From Methanomicrobiales archaeon (GTDB lineage: Archaea; Halobacteriota; Methanomicrobia; Methanomicrobiales; Methanospirillaceae): DNA of 64,000 nt. The translations under genes were made by a program, and so were the position numbers. How positions within the stretch are numbered: position 1 is the first letter of the stretch; each line of letters starts with the position of its first letter. Where the stretch lies: the NCBI GenBank assembly GCA_037137755.1, contig JBAXJR010000002.1:32001-96000 (forward strand), in the 5' to 3' direction. The notes under the pieces were generated by a model that saw only the letters and a program-made list of their open reading frames with translations, did not search any database and was not told where the DNA came from. Of this stretch, positions 18,802 to 29,826 are shown one piece after another.

Positions 18802-21636
18802 CTATTGCATCGTGCCATGGATAGTTTCCCATGACTTCACCGCAACGGGAGCACCGATCAGGAGTCTTTTAATCGTGTTCCGGATGAGAGGGAACTCCCC
18901 GGGATCGAGTGTATCTCTCACCGTGACCAGCAATTCCACGAGAGGTTCACGAAAGACCGGGTTCATCATGTCAATTGCACCAAATGCCCGGAGGAGACTG
19001 ACCGTGGAGTTCTGGTTCACGGGTGCAAGATTGATAAGGACCTCCTGTAAGAGTTCCCGTCCTTCCTGTGTCTCGAGCGACATCTTGCGGTTGGCAGCAA
19101 ATGCCCCGTACAGTGCCCGGTGATCATTTACCTGGGTGATCCGGAACGAGGGGGATGACGAGGTCAGTCGGATCAGGGAAACCACGTCGGGTGCAGAGCT
19201 GCCGCCAATCGCTCCGAGACAGGCCTCCCAGCTTACCGGATGGACGAATGACGATTGTTCAAATGATTCCAGGATGTTGTTCCGTTCAGGTGCCGTGCTG
19301 TTCAGGTACAATCCAAACGCCCACAACCGGTCGGTTGCCACCCCGGGCCCGTTGATCTGTGCCCGTAACATCCCATGGACATCAGGTGTATCAAGCGTCG
19401 CAAGCAGGCCAAGGCACCTGTTTTTCAGCTGCCGCTGACGGATGGCAGTGGGCTGGAGTTTCATCGGTGCCGTCAGTGGGACGGTCCGGTGATGGCGGCT
19501 ATACATATCCTTCAGTTCTGACGAATATCGGGTGGCAATTGCATGTTCAATTCTTCTCCTGGCACGGTAGATGGAAGTATAGCGATGAGCAAAACGGGGG
19601 TCATCCACCGAGTCGAACAGGGTAAGATGCAGGGCACCCACATCACCGGACAGGCCTTCATCAGCCAGCAACGCATGGAATAATTCAACGAAGTCTGCTG
19701 ATGGGGCCTCGTCCTGATGTTCGATCAGTCGGACCACTTCCCGCCCGGCCAGCCGGTAGAGGGCAATGAACCTGTTCACGACGTCAGGGTCCTTTTCGGC
19801 CTGGAGGCGGAGGGTCAGGGTATCGGCGTCATCTGCCACCCTCCCGTAGAATGAACCGGTCCGGTTCAGGGAGAGAAAGGCCGGCTCCTGGACATTCTCA
19901 AAAATGATTGTTTCTTCCTGGGCACTCACCCGTTTAAGGACACTGGCGATATCCTTTCCCTCATCATCAACAAGTGTCGCCTGGAAGGGAATAGTCCAGG
20001 GAGACCCGTTTCCCGGGTAAGACTGGACCAGTGACAGGTGGTACTGGCGGTTGTCTCTGTCATACCTGCCGGAAACCCAGATGACGGGAAACCCGGTCTG
20101 TTTAAGCCATGTATGGGCCATCTCCATAAACTCCTGCCCTGAAACCTCCTCCATCGCACGAATCCACTGTTGCCAGGTGGCATTTCCATGCCGGTACCGG
20201 GTATGGTACAGGTCGAGGCCCCAGCTAAAGACCTCCGTTCCCATGAGGGTCTCGATCATCCGCACGAACTCGGCAGCCTTGACATAGGTAATACCGGTGA
20301 TCAAATCGTTGGGGTCGTTAAACCCGTCCGGTTCGATTGGCATGGACATCGATCCCGAATCCAGGGCAAAGATCCCATTGGACGGGGTAAAAAGGGTAAG
20401 GATCGTCTGGAGACGGGTGTAGTTGTCCCCGAATAGGAAGGCATGATACTTCTCCTCGATAAAGGCCGTGACTGCTTCGTTTAGCCAGATCTCGTAAGGG
20501 CTCCTTCCGGTAACCTCGGAACCGTTAAGGTTATGATAGAATTCGTGCACCTTGACCCGGACCATGTACTCGAACGCCGGGTCGGTCATCTGCGGGAAGG
20601 GCATGATCCGGTTCGTGGTGATGGTGGTGTTCCCTACATTCTCCATTCCGCCGAAATCCGAGTTCTGCATACCGATCTCCCGGTATACTGTCCCGGTATA
20701 CTGGTAGCCGGTCGTGAAGCCTGCAGCCCGTTTCCGGATTTTCTCCCGCAGGGTTGAAAGAGGCACGGAGTTGCCCTGTTTTTTCAGGGAATCCCGCTCC
20801 CGTACCAGGACCATTAATTGCTTTTTTTCAGAAAGGTTCCGCTGTCCGGCAGGACCGGTAAAGAGGAAAATCCACATCACGGTATCCGCGAGCACCTGCA
20901 GGGCGTATTCTGCAACACCGGGATCCGAACCCGGTGGGACAAGCAGTTCGAGACTGAATTTGCTGCCGTCCGGGTATTCAAACTCCTGTGTGAAGGTATC
21001 ATAAGTGCCGACTCCCAGGAAGAACAGGTAGGGGGCCATCGGCGTGCGTGAATTGTCATAGGTGATCTGGTCCCGGCCACCGCCCACCGGATGACGGGGT
21101 TCGATAACGTCACCGTTCGTGATGATGCCGGAGTACCGGCTGTCAGCCGTGATTGTTGTCGTATAGGTGCATTTCGCGGTCATATCGTCAATACAGGGGA
21201 CAATCCGTTGGAACCCCCACTGCTGGCACTGGGTGATCTGGGTGGGTGGTGCACCATCCGGTGTTCGATCATAGTAGAGCCCCTCCAGGACATGGTCATT
21301 CGGCCTGCATATCGTATCCGTTGTAATTGTGAACCTGGTACCCGTGGGGACCGGATCATCCCATGAAATGGTCAGCAGGTGCCCGGACCTGTCATATTCT
21401 GTCCTGACCGCACCCATATCGCTGGAAACCGAAATGATTTCGAGATCCCGGGCATTAAGGTCTAATTTGGACAACGGCTGATCGAGGACTTCTGCGGTAA
21501 GGTGGGATGTCACCTGGGTGTAATCATCATACACATCAAATTCCAGGTCCATGTGGATGACATGGATGGGAAGCTCTCCAAAATCGCCCGGGTAATAGCG
21601 GAACAGGCGGCTCGTATCTGCAGGTGGTCCTGACAT
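18802..21636 (-). CDS. pepN: M1-family aminopeptidase N
   Basis: TQCQQWGFQRI, GGMEN, HEFYH-x18-E (WLNEAVT), TYVKAAE. Confidence 0.93.
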   Translation of the reverse strand: MSGPPADTSRLFRYYPGDFGELPIHVIHMDLEFDVYDDYTQVTSHLTAEVLDQPLSKLDLNARDLEIISVSSDMGAVRTEYDRSGHLLTISWDDPVPTGTRFTITTDTICRPNDHVLEGLYYDRTPDGAPPTQITQCQQWGFQRIVPCIDDMTAKCTYTTTITADSRYSGIITNGDVIEPRHPVGGGRDQITYDNSRTPMAPYLFFLGVGTYDTFTQEFEYPDGSKFSLELLVPPGSDPGVAEYALQVLADTVMWIFLFTGPAGQRNLSEKKQLMVLVRERDSLKKQGNSVPLSTLREKIRKRAAGFTTGYQYTGTVYREIGMQNSDFGGMENVGNTTITTNRIMPFPQMTDPAFEYMVRVKVHEFYHNLNGSEVTGRSPYEIWLNEAVTAFIEEKYHAFLFGDNYTRLQTILTLFTPSNGIFALDSGSMSMPIEPDGFNDPNDLITGITYVKAAEFVRMIETLMGTEVFSWGLDLYHTRYRHGNATWQQWIRAMEEVSGQEFMEMAHTWLKQTGFPVIWVSGRYDRDNRQYHLSLVQSYPGNGSPWTIPFQATLVDDEGKDIASVLKRVSAQEETIIFENVQEPAFLSLNRTGSFYGRVADDADTLTLRLQAEKDPDVVNRFIALYRLAGREVVRLIEHQDEAPSADFVELFHALLADEGLSGDVGALHLTLFDSVDDPRFAHRYTSIYRARRRIEHAIATRYSSELKDMYSRHHRTVPLTAPMKLQPTAIRQRQLKNRCLGLLATLDTPDVHGMLRAQINGPGVATDRLWAFGLYLNSTAPERNNILESFEQSSFVHPVSWEACLGAIGGSSAPDVVSLIRLTSSSPSFRITQVNDHRALYGAFAANRKMSLETQEGRELLQEVLINLAPVNQNSTVSLLRAFGAIDMMNPVFREPLVELLVTVRDTLDPGEFPLIRNTIKRLLIGAPVAVKSWETIHGTMQ

Positions 21637-21799
21637 TTCTCTCCTCTGGATGAAGTGTAGTACCCTGTATCTTTCTTAAGAATTTACCTGAAGGAGGTAT
21701 CCAAACGAGGATGGGAGGTCACCGGTCCTATCTGGAACGGGAATCTTCTTGTAAATTCCCTGAAACAATTGGTATCAGGCAGGGTATTTGAATTTTCCA

Positions 21800-21820
21800 A
21801 CTTTGCCCTACGGGAGACTG
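21800..21820. promoter_or_regulatory. Possible MerR/BmrR-type operator
   Basis: actttgccctacgggagact, an imperfect dyad about 45 bp upstream of the MerR gene. Confidence 0.3.
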
Positions 21821-21864
21821 CGATACCCTATATCGGTTCCTGGTACAGAAGATTATAGTAACAC

Positions 21865-22725
21865 ATGACGACTGACCAGATCCCAATCGGAAAATTTTCC
21901 TTAATCACGCGGCTTACGCAGAAAGCACTGCGTTTTTATGATGACCGGGGCCTGCTTGTGCCAGCAGCGAAAGATATCCTCACTGGGTACCGTTATTACA
22001 ACTCCAGCCAGATTGCACGCGGCGTCACCATAAAAGCACTGTGTGTTCTGGGCTTTTCACTGGATGATGTGTCCTCCCTCCTCGCAGCAAAACAGTCCGG
22101 GGAGCTGGACAGAATCAGGACCCTTTTTGAGAAGCGTCGGTCTGCAATCAGGTCAGAAGTCTACCGGTTACAACAACTGGAGGCAATCCTGGAAAATCCG
22201 GATGCCTCCCTTGAGTTGATCTACATGTCGCTTGCCGAACCAGTTATCAAACAAGTCCCGCCATTACGTGCTATTTGCAAACGTGATAAAGGAGTCTACA
22301 GTGAAACGATCACCCGGCTTATTGCCGATCTCTGTAACCAGCTGTTCTGCCCTGAAAACCAGAATAGCGGTGTAAAAATTACCGGGCCAGTCATGACCAT
22401 CTATTATGACTGTGACTTCCGGGACAAGGATTCCGACATGGAATGTGCAGTCCCGATCGCGGGAAAAGTTCTGGTACATGACCCGAAGATGGAGATACGG
22501 ACAATCCCCGGGGGAAGACAACTGACGCTTCTTTACAAAGGTCCGTATAAAGGACTCCATGAGGCCTGGAGCAGGATCTATGCAAGTGCTGAAGAAAAGC
22601 AGTACCTGGTGACAGCTCCCGGCCGCGAAATATACTACAATTCCCCCGCTGATGTCCCGGAAGAAGAATTACTCACGGAACTCCAGGTACCCATTGCGGA
22701 TGAAATGACCAAACTAGGGACATGA
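21865..22725 (+). CDS. MerR-family regulator with GyrI-like effector domain (BmrR-like)
   Basis: IGKFS..TRLTQKALRFYDDRGLLVPA..GYRYY; C-terminal YKGPYKGL..AW..GREIY..LLTELQVP. Confidence 0.92.
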   Translation: MTTDQIPIGKFSLITRLTQKALRFYDDRGLLVPAAKDILTGYRYYNSSQIARGVTIKALCVLGFSLDDVSSLLAAKQSGELDRIRTLFEKRRSAIRSEVYRLQQLEAILENPDASLELIYMSLAEPVIKQVPPLRAICKRDKGVYSETITRLIADLCNQLFCPENQNSGVKITGPVMTIYYDCDFRDKDSDMECAVPIAGKVLVHDPKMEIRTIPGGRQLTLLYKGPYKGLHEAWSRIYASAEEKQYLVTAPGREIYYNSPADVPEEELLTELQVPIADEMTKLGT

Positions 22726-22875
22726 ACATTCGTGACTGTTATCCCTGTAGTGGTTTATTTTCAGTATTTGAGTGTATTCAGACGTTTTAAAGGGATTTAA
22801 TGCCCAGGGTGACAGAATCGGTTCGTATGGTCACACCGATACCTATTTTCATACACCCTGCATCTGGATACTACC

Positions 22876-23226
22876 GTGTTACATCAGAATAATGATCCAA
22901 CAATACCAGAACGCATTGAAACCGGGACTGTTGAAGGGGACTGTCTGGGTTTTACCGAGGAATTGTTCTCGGGCTGGCTGGAGCTTTACAACGACACCCG
23001 CCTCTATCTGTATTACATCATATCCCGGTGTAAAAACGAAGGGAATACCCAGAAACTTATCCGGCAGTGGATCGCTGAAGGTTATGACGTGCGCGTCGTG
23101 AAACCTTCATCCATCATGCAGCATATTCTCGGGGAGTTCGGGTATGTTGAATCATATGAAAAACTGTCCCGCCACTATGATGAGGATGTAGAAGTCTGGC
23201 ACAGACCGTTCGTACCACATCCTTGA
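22876..23226 (+). CDS. Hypothetical protein
   Basis: 116-aa ORF with GTG start and protein-like composition. Confidence 0.6.
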   Translation: MLHQNNDPTIPERIETGTVEGDCLGFTEELFSGWLELYNDTRLYLYYIISRCKNEGNTQKLIRQWIAEGYDVRVVKPSSIMQHILGEFGYVESYEKLSRHYDEDVEVWHRPFVPHP

Positions 23227-23404
23227 ATGAAAGTGAATACCTGCCCGAAAAACCTGTTGACCGATTAATTTTGGAGAATCAAGGCATTTTTGTTTCTTTT
23301 AATCCCTTCCAGCTGCGGCCAATTCAGGTCTTTTTCCGATAGGTTTATATATCTCCCTGATCTTCAATGCACTGACTAAAAAATCATTTCCAAATCCTTC
23401 GGGG

Positions 23405-24457
23405 GTGACCAGAATTAAATCCCATACCTTTGTCACAATGGTGCTGTTAGTATTCGTGGTGCTGATGGCATCCACATGTATCGCCGGAATACCGTCTGCA
23501 TCAGCGCATGCCCCGGCCAGTGCCGGGTCCAATGAAGATATTGCCAATGCCACGGTGATTAGCAACCCGGAAAAATCCTACGCAATCTACTCAGATCTCC
23601 ATCAAAGTGGTGAAGCGCAGTACTACAAATTCCCGATGATCAAGGGTCAGCGTCTTTATGGTTCAGTCATGATCCCGGGACCGGGATCGATGGTGCCGGA
23701 TATTGTGATTACGGGCCCGGGAATTCCTTCGTCCGGCATTGTCCCATCGTACATAGAAATTCCACCCGGGGCAGGGGCAATGGTGATTCCGGGTACACCT
23801 CCTGGAAAACCCACTTATGAACCATTTACGCCTCAGTCCATCTATGAAGTGGCACGTTTTAACATGACGATTCCGGAAGACGGGGACTATTACCTCGCTG
23901 TGTATGGGCCTGGTGCAGGGAAATACAGTCTGGCGCCCGGGTTTCTTGAACAGTTCACCCTCTCCGAATGGCTTCTGATCCCGTTCTCGGTTATCTCCAT
24001 CTATCTCTGGGAGGGACAATCACTCTCCCTGGTTTTCGCACCATTCCTTATCATAGTCCTGGGTGGCATTGCTCTCCTTCTCTTCGAGCAGAAAAAAGTG
24101 GGAAAAAGATGGGGGTACAGGGAATGGATAGTGCTGACAGCCGGTCTTTTATACCTGGGCGGAGCCGCAATAACTGCTGCCCAGGCCGTCCATACCGTTC
24201 TTCTTACGGGGTATTCCTCCATCGTCCTCGTTACCCTGATCTTCATCGCGGTCCCGGTTATCCTTGGAATAATTCTCATCAGGATGGGCCTTATTCTCTC
24301 CCGGGATAGCAGATACAGCCGTGCAAGGGGATTTTGGATACTCCTGGCGGGTTTGCTTGGCCTCGTTGTCTGGGCAGGGCTCGTCATCGGGCCGGTACTT
24401 GCTATCCTCGGGGGGGCACTGGTACTGGTACATGCGATGGAAGAAAACAAATCCTGA
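23405..24457 (+). CDS. Membrane protein with extracellular N-terminal beta domain
   Basis: Signal peptide ending SAH; YEPFTP and GDYYLAVY..GKYSLAPG..EQF motifs; 4-5 C-terminal TM helices. Confidence 0.85.
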   Translation: MTRIKSHTFVTMVLLVFVVLMASTCIAGIPSASAHAPASAGSNEDIANATVISNPEKSYAIYSDLHQSGEAQYYKFPMIKGQRLYGSVMIPGPGSMVPDIVITGPGIPSSGIVPSYIEIPPGAGAMVIPGTPPGKPTYEPFTPQSIYEVARFNMTIPEDGDYYLAVYGPGAGKYSLAPGFLEQFTLSEWLLIPFSVISIYLWEGQSLSLVFAPFLIIVLGGIALLLFEQKKVGKRWGYREWIVLTAGLLYLGGAAITAAQAVHTVLLTGYSSIVLVTLIFIAVPVILGIILIRMGLILSRDSRYSRARGFWILLAGLLGLVVWAGLVIGPVLAILGGALVLVHAMEENKS

Positions 24458-24585
24458 TTTTTTTTCTGCATCCACCATGGGGTCACATGACTGGCACTAT
24501 CATAAATCCGCCAGTCTGGTTGATATCCCTAAAAAAAGCCCCAAGGATTATTGCAGACTATTGCCAATAACTGGAAGGAATTATC

Positions 24586-25008
24586 ATGAACATCTACACC
24601 GTCTGCCAGAATAATGTCGTTAGTGTTACGCCTGACACAACTGTCAAATTTGTCGCGAACCTGATGAAGGAGAAGAATATCGGGTGCGTCGTGATTGCAG
24701 AGAATAACAAGCCGGTCGGGATTGTCACCGACCGTGATTTTGCAATCCGGGGTGGATACCTCTGTGAGGAGGAGGAGACCCGGCAAATCTCTGAAATAAT
24801 GACCGAAGATGTCAGGACTATCCGGAAGGACACTGATTTTTTTGATGCGATCCAGGAGATGAAATCATCAGGCGTACGACGCCTACCTGTCGTAGATATG
24901 GGGGGCAGGCTTGTCGGACTCATTACCCTCGATGACATTATCCGGCTCCTGGCACGGGAGCTCGGGGAAATAGCACGGATAATCGGGAAAGAAAGCCCGA
25001 AAATCTGA
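24586..25008 (+). CDS. CBS-domain pair protein
   Basis: MKEKNIGCVVI..PVGIVTDRD; VRRLPVVD..LVGLITLDDI. Confidence 0.92.
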   Translation: MNIYTVCQNNVVSVTPDTTVKFVANLMKEKNIGCVVIAENNKPVGIVTDRDFAIRGGYLCEEEETRQISEIMTEDVRTIRKDTDFFDAIQEMKSSGVRRLPVVDMGGRLVGLITLDDIIRLLARELGEIARIIGKESPKI

Positions 25009-25225
25009 TATTACTTCATTTTATATCCTGATTTTCTGATGTATCCGGGTATATCCCCTACCTGGCTACACTCCCGTAGAATATTCTAGGGGGAAGGCCG
25101 GCAGTATTCTGGACTGGTCCTACATTACGATGTAACCATCTGCTGAAATGTGATGTCTACCGGCTGGAATCCTCTAATAAACTGGTTAGGATTCGAACCA
25201 GGAAAAAGTGAATGATCTGGCAGGA

Positions 25226-27388
25226 TTATTGTGGAATTCCCATTATGGGTGGGGCCGGTACCCGCCCCTGGTTTCCGGCATTACCATTAACTATCTCATT
25301 CCTCATCCTGTTCGACGTAGTAAATGACTGGATGCCCAAAGTACCCGCTGCGACCCATGAAAAACTACTTTTTGCAGAGGTGGTCTTACCGATGGCACTA
25401 TTATTCACTATGCGATCAGTCGTCCAGCTCGTCCTGCTACGGGTTATATTACTCAGTAAACCCGTCGTTGTCCAACTCGTTTTTCCGCTGGTATAATTAC
25501 TCAGAATACTATTCGTTGTCTTTCCGGTCAGACCCCCAAACATATTGCTATTCAAATCATTTGGCAGGTCACCGGTCTTATTGCCCGTTATCCCGTTCAT
25601 CCTGTTACCGGGCATGGCTCCCGGGATTTTTGCGCCTGCTGAACCCGCATTCGTTACGATTGTCGAAATCGTAAAGTTTGTAACCTGGGTGCCGGGAGTA
25701 TAGGTACCCCCGGTATAGAGCCCCTCTTTTACGGTGCCGGTTGAACTTCCCCCGGAATACACAATATACACTGTTCCTGATGTAAGTTCCGGCAGGCTGA
25801 ACACTACCGACTGGTAGGTCTTTGCCGGCACAAATGTCAGGATATCTTCTCCTGCTCTTGTTTCAACATGGACCATAGTCCCTGCCGGCTGTACTGATGC
25901 GTAGGTCATCATTACTGAGTACTGCGTGGAGGAAGTGTCAGGGGCCTGTGCCATCCCGGAGCTGCCTGCTGCAACCAGCGTTCCGCCGCTAAGCTTGAAA
26001 CTGCCTGCATAATCAATAGCCCCGTTACCATCGTCTGTCGGACCGTTGACGATCACAACACCACCGGTCATAGTGATCGCGCCGTTGATATCAAGACCGT
26101 CACCACCGGCGTTCACAACGAGATATCCCCCATTGATATGAAGGGGCATATCCCCGGAAGTTTCGAAGGTACCCTGGCCTGGCTGCCCAGCACCATTCTG
26201 ACCGTTAACCGGTTGAGTCGATGTGGATGTAACTCCGGTACCACTTGGGGTATTTAACGCGTCATCACTTGCAACAATGCGAATTGTTCCGTCATTAATG
26301 GTAATATCCGCACCTTCAATGCCTTCATAAGAGTTGGTGATCCGGATATCCCCGCCGTTAATCTCTACGTTCGATTCTGCATGAATTCCATCATCCCCGG
26401 TGGCTGCATTAATTGCTCCGCCGTTAATTGTGACACCACCGTGTGAATGAATGGAATCATCTGAGGAATCAATGGTGATGATTCCACCCGTGATGGTGAG
26501 GGCTGTTCCGGCCTTCAGGCCTTTACCACCTGACAAAGCACTGGTATCGACACGGGTATCACCTGGTATTCCCCGGGAGTTTGTATTTGTGGTGGGATTG
26601 ATGCTTTTACCTGCACCCCCACCTGATGCGATGGTGATGCTGCCACCACTCACCGTAAGGCTTGTTTCAGCCTGGATACCGTCTGCTCCGGAGATGATTT
26701 TGACGGTACCATCCTTAATGGAAACATACCCCTTCGTGGAATCATCATCATTAGTGGACTGTATCCCGTCGCTTTCTGCCTTTATGGTGGTGGTCCCGCC
26801 TTTGATAACAACAGAATCCCTGCCCCTGATACCATCGTTAACAGCGTTAACCGCAATACTGCCACCGTTGATTTTCAGGTCATCCTTGCTGGTGATACCG
26901 TCGTTATAGTTTGCATTAACGGTCAAAGACCCGTCGCCATTTATCGTAAGGTCGTCCTTTGAAAAAATTGCTGCATCAGGTTCTCCGGATGTTGAATCCT
27001 GGCCGGTATAGGAACTCCCGTCTGTTACCGTATTTTTAGTACCGGCTGTAAGCGTAATCACCGTTTTTTCGGCGTTGACAACATAAATGGGAGCACTTGT
27101 GGAACAGGAAATATCCATACCATTAAGTACGAGTTTCACCGTTTCTGCATCCTGTGTGTCTACCTTTATTTGTCCGTTATTCAACGTACCCCCGACATTG
27201 TACGTGCCAGCGGACGTGATGGTAACAGTGTTTCCATTAACTGTTGCACCGCTTCCTTCAAGGGATATCGAGTTGCCGTTCAATTTTATCGTAGTGGTTC
27301 CGGCGGCAGCTGTAACTTCACCCGCCATGCAGGCAGTACCAGTGACGATAAGTGCGAATGCCAGAAGCATTACCGTTATTTTTTTCAT
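25226..27388 (-). CDS. Secreted Cthe_2159-type (DUF4353) beta-helix carbohydrate-binding protein
   Basis: Signal peptide; VTITSAGTY..GTL.NGQI.VD; AAIFSKDDLTING.GSLTV; repeated DGI motifs; YEGIEG; AGSSGMAQ. Confidence 0.88.
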   Translation of the reverse strand: MKKITVMLLAFALIVTGTACMAGEVTAAAGTTTIKLNGNSISLEGSGATVNGNTVTITSAGTYNVGGTLNNGQIKVDTQDAETVKLVLNGMDISCSTSAPIYVVNAEKTVITLTAGTKNTVTDGSSYTGQDSTSGEPDAAIFSKDDLTINGDGSLTVNANYNDGITSKDDLKINGGSIAVNAVNDGIRGRDSVVIKGGTTTIKAESDGIQSTNDDDSTKGYVSIKDGTVKIISGADGIQAETSLTVSGGSITIASGGGAGKSINPTTNTNSRGIPGDTRVDTSALSGGKGLKAGTALTITGGIITIDSSDDSIHSHGGVTINGGAINAATGDDGIHAESNVEINGGDIRITNSYEGIEGADITINDGTIRIVASDDALNTPSGTGVTSTSTQPVNGQNGAGQPGQGTFETSGDMPLHINGGYLVVNAGGDGLDINGAITMTGGVVIVNGPTDDGNGAIDYAGSFKLSGGTLVAAGSSGMAQAPDTSSTQYSVMMTYASVQPAGTMVHVETRAGEDILTFVPAKTYQSVVFSLPELTSGTVYIVYSGGSSTGTVKEGLYTGGTYTPGTQVTNFTISTIVTNAGSAGAKIPGAMPGNRMNGITGNKTGDLPNDLNSNMFGGLTGKTTNSILSNYTSGKTSWTTTGLLSNITRSRTSWTTDRIVNNSAIGKTTSAKSSFSWVAAGTLGIQSFTTSNRMRNEIVNGNAGNQGRVPAPPIMGIPQ

Positions 27389-27473
27389 GTTAAATTATCT
27401 CCTTATTTCTGTTTATGGTTCTCTTCCGGGCAGAGTCTCCTCAATCAGGGAATACCTTGTCCGGGAATCCCGC

Positions 27474-28079
27474 TCACTCAACCTGCTCATTTTTACCCGG
27501 ATTATCCGAATAATAGATCTTCACCCGTGCCGTATCACGAAGGAAATCAATGCCATCGATCTCAACGTTGGTAACGTTGAGCCCGGTCCTTGTTTTAAGG
27601 TCCTCTATCATCTCTGCCCGTTTCCCTGGTGTTATAAGATTAATTTTTTCGTAGACGATTTGCTTGGTATAATGGCCGGTATTGAAACCCCAACCTTTCT
27701 CAAGGATCCAGATGACTCCAATAATCAGTGCATCTGTCACGAACATCTTCTCGTAATCGCCCATCCCGAAGAGAATGGAGTTCAGGATTGGCAGTGCCAC
27801 CATGATGAAGAGGTACGTCATCTCGTGTATCGGAACCGTCTCTGTCCTGTACCGCAGGATAGAAAACAGGGCAAAAAGGCCGAAGCCAACGCCTATCGAG
27901 ATCTCCACGCTGGTAAAGAGGCCCATGATGAAATAGATCACGGTATTGAAGGCAAGGAATGTGAAGAGGAAGGCACGTTCACCTTTGCGGGGATAGTAGA
28001 TATAGCGTATAATGATGAATGCCGAGATAAAATTGATGAAGAATCCGGCAATATAGAGAAGGTCATGCTGGCTTAACAT
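27474..28079 (-). CDS. DUF4956 membrane protein
   Basis: ISIGVGFGLFALFSILRYRTE..EMTYLF; YEKINLI; DLKTRTGL..IDFLRDTA. Confidence 0.9.
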   Translation of the reverse strand: MLSQHDLLYIAGFFINFISAFIIIRYIYYPRKGERAFLFTFLAFNTVIYFIMGLFTSVEISIGVGFGLFALFSILRYRTETVPIHEMTYLFIMVALPILNSILFGMGDYEKMFVTDALIIGVIWILEKGWGFNTGHYTKQIVYEKINLITPGKRAEMIEDLKTRTGLNVTNVEIDGIDFLRDTARVKIYYSDNPGKNEQVE

Positions 28080-28891
28080 GCGATACTCCCTACCATGGAG
28101 AGCGTTTTCAGACGTAACTGAAGCTGCTTGAACCGGTTATGTTTCTGCCCGTTGTAAAGTAAGGACACCCCGATACAGTACTTCGAAAAACTGGTTTTCC
28201 GGATCCCCATCTTCCTGAGTGCATTTAGACCTGGTGACTGGAAGAGAGATCGATCATACTTGATCTCTCCGACAACAACACCCGGGTACGAATAGGTAGT
28301 ACCATCCTGGCAGAATGAAGGACAGAGGTCGAAGGTGATCCGTTCCCGGAAATCCTTCGATACGAGAGTGACCCTGCTGTATTCAGTCGTCAGTACGGGA
28401 TGGAACTCACTGGAATCGTACGGAAAGGAGGATTTTAAAAATGATTTAGGGCCCTTTTCAGAGAGCTCCGGTATTCCGTCCGTCTCCATACGTATTTTTA
28501 CTGTTCGCCCTGTGTTTTGCCTTTCCTTCACCTCAAGGTATGTCTCGTCAGTGGAGCAATAGTGGCGGAACCGTAATTTGAAACGGTTCGCTTTCCCGTT
28601 ATGGTGCTGTAGATAGATCATAAACGACCCCGTGTCATAATACATGGTCTCATACCTCCCGATTCGTGTATCTTCAATTTCCAGTGCCCTGTATGATCTG
28701 GTAAGATCAGATACCAGGCTGGCGCACTGTTGAAATGTCATCAGGAATTTTTTCTCCCTCCTACTCATCAGCTGGGCATCTGAATTTTTCAGTTCTTCAA
28801 GAGTTATCTCCTCAAATGCAGCAAGTGCTGACGAGAAGTTGTCTACCCCGGCAGTGAGGGTTGTGTGGGCCTGCCGGACTATACACGCCAT
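28073..28891 (-). CDS. VTC (polyphosphate-polymerase/CYTH-like) domain protein
   Basis: LMSRREKKF, YETMYYDT, RFKLRFRHY, YLEVKER, YSRVTL..ERITFD, EIKY, FSKYC. Start 28891 follows GGGGGAC; overlaps DUF4956 by 7 bp. Confidence 0.9.
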   Translation of the reverse strand: MACIVRQAHTTLTAGVDNFSSALAAFEEITLEELKNSDAQLMSRREKKFLMTFQQCASLVSDLTRSYRALEIEDTRIGRYETMYYDTGSFMIYLQHHNGKANRFKLRFRHYCSTDETYLEVKERQNTGRTVKIRMETDGIPELSEKGPKSFLKSSFPYDSSEFHPVLTTEYSRVTLVSKDFRERITFDLCPSFCQDGTTYSYPGVVVGEIKYDRSLFQSPGLNALRKMGIRKTSFSKYCIGVSLLYNGQKHNRFKQLQLRLKTLSMVGSIAC

Positions 28892-29826
28892 GCTAAGGTC
28901 CCCCTGTTCTGTTGGGTGCCCTCTCTCCGGAAAGGAACTCAACCCCCGCCTCATAACCGGTATTGACCCGGATCAGCTGGTCGAGGGATGAAGTGAACTT
29001 CTGGGTCACATAAGGCACGATCTGATTACGGTAATTTTTCGGCATATTTGATTCACCAGGATGAACACTGTCCTCCTATGACTATCCAGCATCGTTACTC
29101 CGCGTAAATGTTATATAATCGCGCTATCGGGATGGTGATATAATTGTCCGGGGACGCGAATGGTTGAACTCCGGAGTGTACTACATCAACCCCCGTGGAA
29201 AGCTGGCACTATTACACCCTGCCAGATTTTTACCCGGTATAAATCACGAGGAATGTATTGATCTGCAGAATGGAGGGGTCCCTGGTCCCGGTGAGTGGGT
29301 CACGAAAATACCGTTGGATAACTTTCCCGGGGTAATTTTCACAATTCATGTCAATATCTTTGCTCTTCCAATCCGTTCAATATAGTATATCCCGACATCA
29401 CTATGCCACCAGGGGCAGGGTGTTACCCCCAATATACCAAACCCCTTATGCAGGACTATTTCAGCAGGAAGTGAATGGAAAACCCCCTTTCACGCTACGA
29501 TTCCTACTCTGCTATATTGTTTCCTGGTCGCCTGGTCTGGTTACCAGGTTTTGCGATATATTGAACCTGCAAGTGTAATTATTCCCATTTTTATCGATAA
29601 TCAGGTGTAATCCCGTGTGTTGAATATAAGTGAAGCTGTGGGGTATGATGGAGAAGAATACTACCCTTAACCAGGGTCAGTTGCAATCGGACTCCACCTT
29701 ACACGGGTATTACAAATAATTTTTTCCCGATCCCTGCAGTTCCGGCACATCTGGCCCTTGAAAGGGTTCTATCCAGATATCGGAATGTTTTGAGAGTTAA
29801 TGACAGATAAAAATACGGAGGGAATC

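Noticed and set aside
27087-28076. 329-aa plus-strand ORF
   Set aside because: Shadow spanning the DUF4956 and Cthe_2159 genes.
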